Source of the DNA: Chloroflexota bacterium
GTDB lineage: Bacteria; Chloroflexota; Anaerolineae; Anaerolineales; UBA11858
Assembly: GCA_043818215.1 (NCBI GenBank)
Contig: JBDRGC010000023.1
Coordinates: 1,976 to 65,975 of the forward strand
DNA: 64,000 nt
Direction of reading: 5' to 3'
Program-made: the position numbers and the translations under genes
Shown: positions 1-8,318 of the stretch, piece after piece
Layout: each line of letters starts with the position of its first letter
How positions within the stretch are numbered: the stretch's first letter is position 1
Notes under the pieces: generated by a model
What the model saw: the letters and a program-made list of their open reading frames with translations, nothing else
Databases searched by the model: none
What the model was told of the DNA's origin: nothing

Positions 1-1587
1 GGCGCGGTACTGCTGCCCGGTCTCGATGGCTTCGACATTGATATTGGTTTGCTTGTCCACGTAGAGAGTCAGAGTCTCGCCAGCCTCGTCCATCAAGTCG
101 AGTTCGTAGCTGTAAGTGAACTCATCTACGCGCGTCACCAGACCTGCGACCTGTACGAGCAGCCCGGGGATGGTCGCGTCGGTGACAGCCTCGGCGATGC
201 TCACCGGTGTGGGCGGCCAACCGTCCTCGCCTGCGGGGGTGATGATCTCTACATCTTGCGGCGTATTGGAGATGAACTCGACCGCGCCGCGATACATCTC
301 GATAGTGCCGAAGACCCGCACGCGCGCCCCCAATGCCACGTTCACGATTCCCTCCCCATTGGGAATCCACACCTGGATGCCGCCAGATTCATCGGCCAGA
401 TATATTTTGGTGTGGCCTGCTCCGGCAAAGTACCCGCCGGTGTACATGGTCGCTATGCCTTCGATGCTCAGTTTCGGGCCGATGATAGTACGCGCAGTGC
501 CGATGGGGATAGTCCCACCTTCGATGGCCGTGCGCACCGGGCCGCCGAAAGCGGGCGCGGCCCAATCCTCGGCCTGAACGGAGTAATTGGCGGCCAGAGC
601 GGTGAGATACGTCCACGGGGTGCTGACTGTAATTTCAGTGGTGACCGTTTCCCCGGCGGCCAGCGAACCCAGTGACCAGAGAGCCACCTGATGCGTCTCG
701 CCGATATGCCCCATCCCCCAATAGGCGTCCTGGCCGCTGATTTCTACGTTGCTGTCGGTGACGATAATTTCCAAATCCAGCATGATAGGGAACTGGACCA
801 CCACGCCGCTGAGAGCCTGCCCGGTTTCGTTGGTGACCGAGAGCAGGTAGTCGAACTGGCTGCCCGGCGAGACGGTTTGCGGCGCTTCCGCGGAGAGAAT
901 CAGTTTTGCGCCCGCGTCGGGGGTGGCGAGGCTGCCGGTGTTCTGCGGGTTGGGTGCCGAGTTGAGGGCGAAGTCCGCGGCATTGTCGCCGCTATCGGCC
1001 CAGTTGCCCGCCTCGCCGCCGGGAGCGCGCTCTAACGCGATGCCGTTTTCCATTGCAAGCGCGGGCGAGCCTTCGGCGAAGTCAACCGTGCCGCCGCCCC
1101 ACGAGATGCTGTCCACAACACTGCCATCGGTCAGGCGCAGTTGCAGGCTGCCCTTTGGCCCGACCAGCGGCTGCTCGAAGAGAGCGTCGGGAGAGATGCC
1201 CAGGTCTTGCCCGGCGCGGCCCAGCAGATAGTGTCCCTGGGGCGGGATCAGGGCGTGCTCGCTCCAGCGGTAGACCAGGGTTTCGTCCTGCCCATCGGCC
1301 AGTTTGTACCATATCGACCAGCCTTTGATATCGAAGGGGGTCTGGCTGCCGATGTTGCAAAGTTCGATGAATTCAAAATTATTGTTGCCATCGACACCGG
1401 TCAATACCTCGCTGATTAGTACCGCCGGTTCCGTTGGGGCTGCGAGGACGGGTTCTGCCGCCGGCTCCGCGCTTGGCTCAACTGGGGGTGCTGCTGTGGG
1501 CGCGGGGGACTCAGTTGCTCCACCCCCGCAGGCGGCGAGAATCAAGGCGATGAGGGCTAATATTATAAAGATGTGTCTTTTTTGCAT
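1..1587 (-). CDS. Secreted lipoprotein with lamin-tail (LTD) domain, DUF11/CARDB-like segment and OB-fold; resembles the N-terminal part of ExeM/NucH-type extracellular nucleases (3' end lies outside the window)
   Basis: Absent from the ORF track because it runs off the window. Hand translation from the ATG (complement of 1585-1587) gives MQKRHIFIILALIALILAACGGG (lipobox LAAC). It continues ISEVLTGVDGNNNFEFIELCNIGSQTPFDIKGWSIWY...ERAPGGEAGNWADSGDNAADF (LTD signature), and later IGTARTI...GARVRVFGTIEMYRGAVEFIS (OB-like). The frame stayed open in the stretch I translated (about nt 241-1587), and the last 240 nt were not hand-checked. The plus-strand ORFs at 49-1612 are short overlapping shadow ORFs. 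Confidence 0.8.
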   Translation of the reverse strand, partial: MQKRHIFIILALIALILAACGGGATESPAPTAAPPVEPSAEPAAEPVLAAPTEPAVLISEVLTGVDGNNNFEFIELCNIGSQTPFDIKGWSIWYKLADGQDETLVYRWSEHALIPPQGHYLLGRAGQDLGISPDALFEQPLVGPKGSLQLRLTDGSVVDSISWGGGTVDFAEGSPALAMENGIALERAPGGEAGNWADSGDNAADFALNSAPNPQNTGSLATPDAGAKLILSAEAPQTVSPGSQFDYLLSVTNETGQALSGVVVQFPIMLDLEIIVTDSNVEISGQDAYWGMGHIGETHQVALWSLGSLAAGETVTTEITVSTPWTYLTALAANYSVQAEDWAAPAFGGPVRTAIEGGTIPIGTARTIIGPKLSIEGIATMYTGGYFAGAGHTKIYLADESGGIQVWIPNGEGIVNVALGARVRVFGTIEMYRGAVEFISNTPQDVEIITPAGEDGWPPTPVSIAEAVTDATIPGLLVQVAGLVTRVDEFTYSYELDLMDEAGETLTLYVDKQTNINVEAIETGQQYRA

Positions 1588-1627
1588 TGGGGTGTACTCC
1601 TGGTTTTTATAGATAGGATTTACGCAA

Positions 1628-1760
1628 GTGCAGAGCAAGCCCCCCCAGCCCCCCAATTCTGGGGGGAGCAGAAGGGTTCCCCCCAAGGTTGGGGGGTTAG
1701 GGGGGCGACTGCGTCCTATTAGCTTATTTGACGGTGGTCGGCGGTCGGCGGTCGGCGGTC
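1628..1760. repeat. G/C-run tetraloop-type hairpins (ccccccaATTCtgggggg, ccccccaaGGttgggggg) followed by (GGTCGGC)x4
   Basis: Read directly. It lies between the methyltransferase stop (1805) and the lipoprotein start (1587). Confidence 0.7.
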
Positions 1761-1804
1761 AATTATCCTTTTTTGCGGGTGTTCATGGTTTTATGTTTTA
1801 CGGC

Positions 1805-2764
1805 TCAATGCCAATGAGAGTCTTGTGATGGCTTATACACCGGTTTGTCAGATCTAATTTCCAATTCGCCCGACATGGCCTTTTTTACTCTCTGTACGGC
1901 TAATTTGTAATATGGCTCCATAATTTCAGATCCCGCTGCTCTTCGTTTATTGATTACGGCTGCAATGGCGGATGTGCCAATACCCATAAAAGGGTCGAAT
2001 ACAATATCGTCCTCGTTTGTCATAGACCACACCAGGCGTTGTACAAGAGCTACTGGAAACTGGCAGGGATGTTCCGTCTTTTCGACATGATTCGCCTTTA
2101 CGTTAGGTATATCCCAAACATCCGATGGATTCTTCCCCTTTGGATTGCCAGAAAGTTTACCCTTGTTAGGCCCTTTGAAATGCCTTTTACCGGGATACTT
2201 TTGAGGTACTCGAACAGGGTCGAGGTTGAAGATATACTCATCAGACTTTGTGAACCAGTTGATAGTTTCGTATCGTCCAGAAAAGCGATTTGCACAGTGT
2301 AATCCGTGCCCAAAATGCCAAACAATCCTGTTTCTAAGCTTTAGCCCCAATTCTTTGAAGTAGCCGTAGAGAAGGATATCAAGTGGAATTATTTCGCCAT
2401 TATCCACATAATTGCCTACTTGCCAACAAATGCTTCCTTCGGGCTTAAGTATGCGGACACATTGTTCAATGACATCAAGTTGCTGTGCCTTGTATACATC
2501 GATATCTGAAATGTCTTCATATTCTTTGCCAATGTTGTAGGGAGGGGATGTAACCACCAATTGAACACTTTCCTTGGGAATTGATTGCATGAAATCCAAG
2601 CAATCGCCATGATACAACGTAACTTGATTTTCGATAGAAAATGTGGATGAGATCACAATGTCCGGCTGACTCGACAAACCTTTCTGTTGAAAACTTTCCC
2701 TGTATTTGTGTTCAGGTATATATGCGTCCAGGCTTTTAAAGAGTGGTAAATCTCTTGTGGTCAC
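1805..2764 (-). CDS. Beta-class N4-cytosine/N6-adenine DNA methyltransferase (N6_N4_Mtase family), apparently orphan
   Basis: 319-aa ORF. Motif IV (SPPYNIGKEY) precedes motif I (FDPFMGIGTSAIAA), which is the beta permutation. SPPY favours m4C. A sampled line has about 43 % G+C. No nuclease-like ORF is adjacent. Confidence 0.85.
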   Translation of the reverse strand: MTTRDLPLFKSLDAYIPEHKYRESFQQKGLSSQPDIVISSTFSIENQVTLYHGDCLDFMQSIPKESVQLVVTSPPYNIGKEYEDISDIDVYKAQQLDVIEQCVRILKPEGSICWQVGNYVDNGEIIPLDILLYGYFKELGLKLRNRIVWHFGHGLHCANRFSGRYETINWFTKSDEYIFNLDPVRVPQKYPGKRHFKGPNKGKLSGNPKGKNPSDVWDIPNVKANHVEKTEHPCQFPVALVQRLVWSMTNEDDIVFDPFMGIGTSAIAAVINKRRAAGSEIMEPYYKLAVQRVKKAMSGELEIRSDKPVYKPSQDSHWH

Positions 2765-2950
2765 GGTATTCTCCAGTAGCTCTGTTCAATTATCGCCAAG
2801 TTATTTCTTCGATTTGCCGGCAGCTTCCGTCCGCGGGATTATTATATCGCCGGGCTGCTGGTTTCGACAAGTTCCTCGATTATTTCGAACACCCAGGGTT
2901 GAAGGCTGGGATCGCGCTCAACAAAATCGACCAGAGCCTGCGCAGAGCTT

Positions 2951-3118
2951 GTCGAAGCTTCGGCTGAACCAGTCCACACTTCGACAAACTCTGTGCAAGC
3001 TCCGGTGGACTTTGTGCATTTTGTTGCTGCTGAAACTTTCGTGAAGCATCCCGTGCGTAGCTCTGCGTAGCGTCCCCTTGGGGGATACCCGCAGGGTGCG
3101 AAGGGGGAAGTCGCCGGA
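2951..3118 (+). repeat. Dispersed element of about 150-170 nt, copy A (core tcggctgaaccagtccacacttcgacaaRctctgtgcaagctccggtggact ... agcatcccgtgcgtagc ... acccgcagggtgcgaaggggga)
   Basis: Near-identical to 10709-10850 in the same orientation. Copy A carries an extra 25-nt internal insert. It contains the stem agtccac/gtggact. Confidence 0.8.
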
Positions 3119-3187
3119 TGCCAAGACGAGACAGACTCAAAAAAAATTTAGAACTGAACAGCTCTACTACTTCTCCTTTATCGAAAA

Positions 3188-3544
3188 CTACACAGCCAGT
3201 GAACGAACTCTAATCTTGTTTACTTCTAACACCACAAATGCCCCCGGCAACCGTTGAGTTTCATATTCCAGCAAATCGCGTAAGTGTGGGATTTTAAGGG
3301 CACGGTCAACTACATCAAACCGCAGCAGAATTACACCTCGCGCAGGTCGCTGAAGCCTGTAAACCAATTCCCCAAAGTCTTTGTCTTCAGTGATCAGCAG
3401 ACGGTTTTCGGAGTAGGCACATGCAAGAATTTCGTCATCAGGCGCGCCATTCAGCGATTCGGCGGCGTACAATATATCATAGCCATCGGAGCGCAAGGCC
3501 TCGACCATTGCCTCATCACAACACTCGTCTGCCAGGAATTTCAT
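3188..3544 (-). CDS. DUF5615 (Mut7-C/PIN-like) putative toxin
   Basis: 118 aa: MKFLADECCD...LLITEDKDFGELV. Its start overlaps the stop of the upstream DUF433 gene, which is the classic DUF433/DUF5615 pairing. Confidence 0.7.
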   Translation of the reverse strand: MKFLADECCDEAMVEALRSDGYDILYAAESLNGAPDDEILACAYSENRLLITEDKDFGELVYRLQRPARGVILLRFDVVDRALKIPHLRDLLEYETQRLPGAFVVLEVNKIRVRSLAV

Positions 3545-3777
3545 AAGCGTTGTCCGCCCGCAAAAATAATCTCTTCCTGGGCCAGATGGTCAGCAGCAAA
3601 CGCGGCGGCGGCATATACATCATCCGGTGTAAGGCGCGGATGATCGTCCAAAATTTCCCCAACCATCATCCCTCCAGCCAACTTGCGCAGAAGGTGCTCT
3701 ACAGTAATTCGCGTACCTGTGATCACAGGCTTGCCAAACATGATGGCGGGATTGATCTCAATGCGATCATGAATCAT
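3541..3777 (-). CDS. DUF433 antitoxin-like protein
   Basis: MIHDRIEINPAIMFGKPVITGTRITVEHLL. I chose the internal ATG at 3777 because AAGGAG lies 6 nt upstream. The ORF track begins at 3813. Confidence 0.7.
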   Translation of the reverse strand: MIHDRIEINPAIMFGKPVITGTRITVEHLLRKLAGGMMVGEILDDHPRLTPDDVYAAAAFAADHLAQEEIIFAGGQRL

Positions 3778-3937
3778 AGGTGACTCCTTCGTTTTATTCT
3801 CGAGTTGTATCAATTCTCAAGCCATTTTATCACGATGCGACCAGAGCGGTCACTCTATCTACCCTACTCCATATACGGGTATGGAAAACGAAACTGGTTT
3901 AATGGTATCATCTCCATATTGTAGGGTAAAAACCATT

Positions 3938-4128
3938 GGGGTTTGACAATGGCACATTTCCAGCAACACTACAACGAATTTGGAAAGGAGCGAATTTTTC
4001 CGTCGCTCGTGGTGATATAAGCCAATTTTGCTATAAACTCGGTAGAAACGGTGTGCCCCGATTCGTTTTTTTCTAAATTCGCTGTAGTGTTGCGCCTAAT
4101 CTGCCATTGTCAAGGTAGGCGGGGTTTC
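3938..4128. mobile_element. MITE-like element of about 190 bp with terminal inverted repeats of about 44 bp
   Basis: The left arm ggggtttgacaatggcacatttccagcaacactacaacgaattt pairs with the right arm aaattcgctgtagtgttgcgcctaatctgccattgtcaagg. The motif TGACAATGGCA recurs at 46110 and 46284. Confidence 0.5.
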
Positions 4129-4264
4129 AATTCACCGTGCGAGCGAGATATAGAAATCTCGGCTACAGACCATCACTCTCGAAGAGGATACGTATTTTTT
4201 TTACAAACCCAAACAGCTATTATCATTAGTGCGCGTGATATGAGTAAAAGAGAACGGAAAACCT

Positions 4265-4519
4265 ATGGACGCAAACACAAATAAATTGAGTAGTATTTCG
4301 AAGGCAGATACGCTTGAGAAGATGGGGGAATTTTGGGACACGCACGACTTTACGGATTATGACACTGGGGCCCCCGATGTCGAGTTCAACGTTATTTGTG
4401 CTGTACCAGTAGAATTGGACCTCTTGTATTCAATCGAAAAGCAGGCACGTTTACGGGGTGTAAGGGTTGAAACATTGGTTAATCTTTGGTTGCATCAGAA
4501 GCTGGTTGAGCAAACCTGA
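4265..4519 (+). CDS. CopG/RHH-type antitoxin-like protein, solitary
   Basis: 84 aa with EFWDTHDFTDYDTGAPDVEF ... RGVRVETLVNLWLHQKL, a pattern typical of small antitoxins. No toxin ORF lies downstream. Confidence 0.55.
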   Translation: MDANTNKLSSISKADTLEKMGEFWDTHDFTDYDTGAPDVEFNVICAVPVELDLLYSIEKQARLRGVRVETLVNLWLHQKLVEQT

Positions 4520-4667
4520 GTTTCAATAGATGGACAGTATTTGAGCAATAACTCGACTCTACCGCCCTTTTGGCACGTCAACCGCCGCCGGTAAAATAGC
4601 ATACAGGTATACAAGGTAGCTGATTGACTGACAAAACTTTCTTGCTTCCTAATTAGGATCGGAAATT

Positions 4668-4755
4668 GGACACGGATTTACCCTTCGGGCACGATGTCAC
4701 GGATTCAACGGATTTTCATGATTTTACATCCATGAAATCCGTTGAATCCGTGTCC
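4668..4755. repeat. Palindromic 'gtacacggat' element, copy 1
   Basis: ggacacggatttacccttcgggcacgatgtcacggattcaacggat...atccgttgaatccgtgtcc. Related copies are at 23651-23718 and 43130-43227. It is nested inside another inverted repeat (ctgacaaaac / gatttgtcag). Confidence 0.8.
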
Positions 4756-4777
4756 GAAAAAGATTTGTCAGCCAACC

Positions 4778-4843
4778 AGACAAGGTAGACAAAGTAGACA
4801 CGGTTTGTCTACCCTGTCTACCCTGTATACTCTGTCTACTCTG
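4778..4843. repeat. Hairpin of 7-8-nt units (GGTAGAC / GTCTACC)
   Basis: agacaaggtagacaaagtagacacggtttgtctaccctgtctaccctgtatactctgtctactctg. The TAG stop of the 4836 gene lies inside the last unit. Confidence 0.8.
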
Positions 4844-5987
4844 CTCCCCAAACCTTCTCCCACTCATCCCTCAACAGATTCCCTAAAACCTGATTGACAC
4901 CCTGCGCGGGCAGCACGTCCCCGTCCGGCTCGACGTACAGCCAGGCGCGGCCGGCGCCATCGGGAGGCGCGTCTTCCTCGGTTTCCAGGGCGATGGGGTT
5001 GCGGGTGGAATAGGGAACGGGCAGGTCCCAGACGAGCGATAAACCCAACTCGGCAGCTAATTCCCCTGCGGTTTGCACGGTCTCACTGACTTCAGTTGTA
5101 GTTCCGCTGAGGGAGAGAGCGTTGGCCCCCATGTCAGCCAATCGTTCCAACAATTCGGGGATTCGGGCCGCGTTTTCAGGGGTCACGGTCAGGTGAACGG
5201 TGGTATGCAAATCTTCGAGCAGCACAGTTCTCAAAGCTTGCCAGGCCTGCTCATTTTCGGGTTGGAGAACGAGCATCAGGTGGTCGAGGCCGGTTTGCAG
5301 CAGCGTGTTCAGGTAATCGGCGTCGGCCAGCCGCAAGCCATCAGTGAGCAGCCCGGTGACCTGCCCGAGGGCATCGGCGTGGGCGATCAGTTCGGGGAGA
5401 TCGTCCCGCAGAGTGGGTTCGCCGCCCGTGAAGCTGATATGGGGGATACCCGCGTCCCAGGCCTTGTCGAGGATGGTCTGCCACTCGCCGGTGGTGAGTT
5501 CGCGGTCGACGCGCCTGGTGGGGGCGGCCTCGGGGTCGGCATCCTCCGGCAAGCGGTAGGTCAGGGCACAGTCGAGACGGTAGGGGGCCGCGATCTCTCC
5601 CGAATAGGGGGCCTGCCTCTCGAAGCCCAGGTAAGTGACCGGGTCCAAATCGGGAATGTCGATCAGGGTTATAAGCCTTTCTTTCAAATCCCGGAAATCT
5701 TGCAGGGCTTGTTTTGCGGAGACTCGATACCGCTGGGCAAATTCACTGGCGATCTGATCGTCAGGCGTATCCTGCACCAGGTGGTAGGCATACTCAGCGG
5801 CGGTTTGATTAAGGTGCAGCACGGTAGAGGCGTTGACGATCAACAAACCGTTGCCGTCCGGTTCGAGACGCAAGTGCAGGCGGTATGGATACTCGGCATC
5901 GGGCGGGGCCTGATAATGGTAAACGCCCACAGGCAAGGGTTCTTTCTGGGTGAAAATACGGCGGATGCTTTCTTGGATAGTTGTCAT
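4836..5987 (-). CDS. Pseudo-radical-SAM/SPASM paralogue (all cluster cysteines lost), with a PqqD/RRE-like N-terminal domain
   Basis: Collinear with the 8545-9984 protein (YRLHLRLEPDGNGLLIVNA..; FTGGEPTLRDDLPELIAHA; YVEPDGDVLPAQG..LGNLL). RCNNDCAHCYN is replaced by RLPEDADPEAA, and the SPASM Cys residues are absent; the whole protein has a single Cys. Start set at MTTIQ (ATG at 5987, preceded by AAAGGAA). Confidence 0.7.
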   Translation of the reverse strand: MTTIQESIRRIFTQKEPLPVGVYHYQAPPDAEYPYRLHLRLEPDGNGLLIVNASTVLHLNQTAAEYAYHLVQDTPDDQIASEFAQRYRVSAKQALQDFRDLKERLITLIDIPDLDPVTYLGFERQAPYSGEIAAPYRLDCALTYRLPEDADPEAAPTRRVDRELTTGEWQTILDKAWDAGIPHISFTGGEPTLRDDLPELIAHADALGQVTGLLTDGLRLADADYLNTLLQTGLDHLMLVLQPENEQAWQALRTVLLEDLHTTVHLTVTPENAARIPELLERLADMGANALSLSGTTTEVSETVQTAGELAAELGLSLVWDLPVPYSTRNPIALETEEDAPPDGAGRAWLYVEPDGDVLPAQGVNQVLGNLLRDEWEKVWGAE

Positions 5988-6221
5988 AGCGGATTCCTTT
6001 CTTACTAATCGGTAATAAGCTGTCAGTGGTCGGTTTGTAGTCGCGCACGAGAGTGCGCCCACCACCGCACCCACTCGCTAAATAGCTACACGAGAGATCA
6101 CTAATTATTGCTCGTTTTTCTGTTGACTACACACCAAATCCGCGCTCGTCCGCGTCCATTTCGGAATGATGTCGGGTAGCGAAAGTCTTTATCAGCATAT
6201 CTGAGCAAAAACGCCTTGGGT

Positions 6222-6551
6222 TCAAGGGGATGAAGCAATTAATGAACGGAGTGCGTCATTCACGGATTCCGAATCAGGGAAATACTTTCGCACGTCTGGC
6301 TCTAACACTATTGTGCCATCTTCTAATCGGAACTGTCGAATGAGTGTTGTTCCATCCTCGTTATGGACTGTGACCGTATGACCTTCGTGATACGCTTTGT
6401 AGTGTTTGCTACGAACCCCGCCACTGAAATCATATTCGGGGCGCATATCATTGAAAATCATCTTTCCTTCGTCAAAGCTGACTTTGTGCTTTCTGAGATT
6501 ATCTTCGGCTTTTTCTTCGTCCCATTCAAATTCGAGTTCCATTATGCTCAT
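6222..6551 (-). CDS. Fusion of the first ~30 aa of a BrnT (DUF497) toxin to a BrnA-like antitoxin; a toxin-antitoxin remnant
   Basis: ELEFEWDEEKAEDNLRKHKVSFDEG is the BrnT N-terminal signature. It is followed directly by RPEYDFSGG...LEPDVRKYFPDSESVNDALRSLI, an antitoxin-type sequence. Confidence 0.5.
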   Translation of the reverse strand: MSIMELEFEWDEEKAEDNLRKHKVSFDEGKMIFNDMRPEYDFSGGVRSKHYKAYHEGHTVTVHNEDGTTLIRQFRLEDGTIVLEPDVRKYFPDSESVNDALRSLIASSP

Positions 6552-6602
6552 TCCTGATTAAGAGTTTACCGCACTTTTGCGCTTTTTTCAACAAGCGGCC
6601 TT

Positions 6603-6672
6603 CCGCCACTCGCCACTCGCCACTCGCTACCCGCCACCCACCACCCGCCACCCGCTATTCGCCATTCGCTAT
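6603..6672. repeat. Heptamer array (GCCACTC/GCCACCC family, complement of GAGTGGC)
   Basis: ccgccactcgccactcgccactcgctacccgccacccaccacccgccacccgctattcgccattcgct. It encodes the last residues (IANGE) and the TAG stop of the acyltransferase. Confidence 0.85.
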
Positions 6673-7557
6673 TATATCGGGCCACGCCGGATAATACATC
6701 AACCACTGCTCCGGGGCCTGACGAATAAAGCCCTCGATGACTTTCAGCACGGCCTCACCGTTGATACGGATTTCTTCCGCCGGGTCGTCGTGCCGTTGCA
6801 TGGGGATGAGATCGGAGAGCAGTAATTCGTAGCGCCCATCTGTGCGTAAGTGGGCCGCACCTACAACCACCGGTACATCAGCTTCGAGCGCCATGCGGAT
6901 ATGTCCCGCGGGCAGGGGGCTGGGATGCCCGAAAAATCTCAGGGTGTGCGCCTTTCTGCGGATGGGACGGTCAACCGCGGTGGCGACCAGTCCGCCGTTG
7001 CGCATGAGTTCGATGGCTTTTTGGTGGGTCGTGTCGCTTACGGGGGTGATGTCCAGCCCGGTAGTGGCCCGGATATCGTTTTGAATCTTATATCCGCCGG
7101 TGGGCTGCCCGTAAGTCAATACCTGCCCGTGCAAACCCCGGTACGCCAGGGATAGCAAAACCATATCGAAGTTGCTCAAATGGGGCGCAGCCAGGAAAAC
7201 GCCCTGTTTTTCAGCCTGGCTTATTTGGATCAATCTCTGCGCAGCGGGGTTATCCACCACCAGCTTTAGCAGCCCATCCCGATTTTGGAGATTATGATAG
7301 AGATCGACGAAGCAGCGCCCTGCGTGTTGGAACACAGCCCGGACAGCATTGTCCAGTTCTTCGGGGGATGACTTTTCCCCGCGCACGACCCACTGGTTGG
7401 CACGCACCGCCTGTACCATCGGTGAGGACTGATTCCCCGCCAGACGACCAGCGACCAGGCCTGAAAGTTGGTAGCCCAGACTGGTGGGCATCATCCGCCC
7501 CAAAAAGAGCCCCAGCCCCACTCCAAAGCGGCTGTTGGTAAATTTTTGTAGGTTCAT
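6655..7557 (-). CDS. Lysophospholipid/lipid-A-type acyltransferase (HtrB/PatA-like LPLAT)
   Basis: 300 aa. HX4D motif is HLSNFD. The overall layout matches the Lip_A_acyltrans family, as recalled from memory. Confidence 0.75.
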   Translation of the reverse strand: MNLQKFTNSRFGVGLGLFLGRMMPTSLGYQLSGLVAGRLAGNQSSPMVQAVRANQWVVRGEKSSPEELDNAVRAVFQHAGRCFVDLYHNLQNRDGLLKLVVDNPAAQRLIQISQAEKQGVFLAAPHLSNFDMVLLSLAYRGLHGQVLTYGQPTGGYKIQNDIRATTGLDITPVSDTTHQKAIELMRNGGLVATAVDRPIRRKAHTLRFFGHPSPLPAGHIRMALEADVPVVVGAAHLRTDGRYELLLSDLIPMQRHDDPAEEIRINGEAVLKVIEGFIRQAPEQWLMYYPAWPDIIANGE

Positions 7558-7566
7558 CTTTAATTC

Positions 7567-7680
7567 AGCATGAATGAATTCATGCTCTGATATGCGAAGT
7601 CCGTTAAAACGGACTGACGGCCATTGGAACGGGTTTGACCAGTTTTGTGCCAGACATCGATTTCAATCGGTGGGCATGTT
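7567..7680. repeat. Cluster of short tetraloop hairpins
   Basis: agcatgaaTGAAttcatgct and agtccgtTAAAacggact. The same hairpin style appears in the 49079-49440 module. Confidence 0.7.
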
Positions 7681-7720
7681 CTCTTCACTCTTCAATCTTC
7701 TCGAATCATTTAGCCGGGGG

Positions 7721-8311
7721 TCAATCCTTGAATAACCTGTAACTCTCTATCAATACGGGCATCCCGCGCAGGATGGTCATTGTGATTGCCAGCCAGGAGA
7801 TGATCAAGGCGATGATATGAATCCAGCCCGCCCAAGCATGATTCAAAATGCGAAATCCCAAAGAGATGGTGACAAATGCAAAAGCAAATCCTTTAACGGT
7901 CCCGTAAAAATCACGCATGAACCGGGATGAGACCAGGGCGCGGCTGATGGGGTGTTTGACTTGATCGAAGGCGGCCTCGCCAGCGCTCATCCCCACGGCC
8001 CGGACAGCATCTGTCAGCGTGCCGCGGGTGATCACGATGATGGGAATGACGATGGGTATCAGCCCCAAATGAGCATACACTACCCATAAAATGATCTCTA
8101 ATGCCCGGTCTACGGCTATATCCAGGGTGCTGCCCAACAGACTGACTTCGCCAAATTTTCTTGCAATGAAGCCGTCAAGCGTATCCATCAAGATAATAAT
8201 CACGATGAAGGGCACACAAAAAAAGATCGCCGTAGCGTTACCGGTGTACAGCAATGCCACGTAAACAAACAACAGCGGAAAACGAAACAAGGTGATTGCG
8301 TTAGCCATCAT
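7721..8311 (-). CDS. CDP-alcohol phosphatidyltransferase (PgsA/PI-synthase-like)
   Basis: DTLDGFIARKFGEVSLLGSTLDIAVD fits D-x2-DG-x2-AR-x8-G-x3-D-x3-D. The protein is polytopic and hydrophobic. Confidence 0.85.
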   Translation of the reverse strand: MMANAITLFRFPLLFVYVALLYTGNATAIFFCVPFIVIIILMDTLDGFIARKFGEVSLLGSTLDIAVDRALEIILWVVYAHLGLIPIVIPIIVITRGTLTDAVRAVGMSAGEAAFDQVKHPISRALVSSRFMRDFYGTVKGFAFAFVTISLGFRILNHAWAGWIHIIALIISWLAITMTILRGMPVLIESYRLFKD

Positions 8312-8318
8312 TAGTGAC

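Noticed and set aside
49-1612. Many 60-200-aa plus-strand ORFs at the window start
   Set aside because: They are shadow ORFs of the GC-rich minus-strand LTD lipoprotein gene, which translates cleanly with recognisable domains.
4051-4284. 77-aa ORF overlapping the MITE-like element and the start of the CopG-like gene
   Set aside because: It is encoded largely by the inverted-repeat arm, has no SD, and its composition is unconvincing.
6127-6198. 23-codon minus-strand ORF (MLIKTFATRHHSEMDADERGFGV) upstream of the pseudo-rSAM gene, considered as a RiPP precursor
   Set aside because: It has no Cys or other typical rSAM target residues and no SD, and I cannot assess its conservation. Evidence is insufficient.
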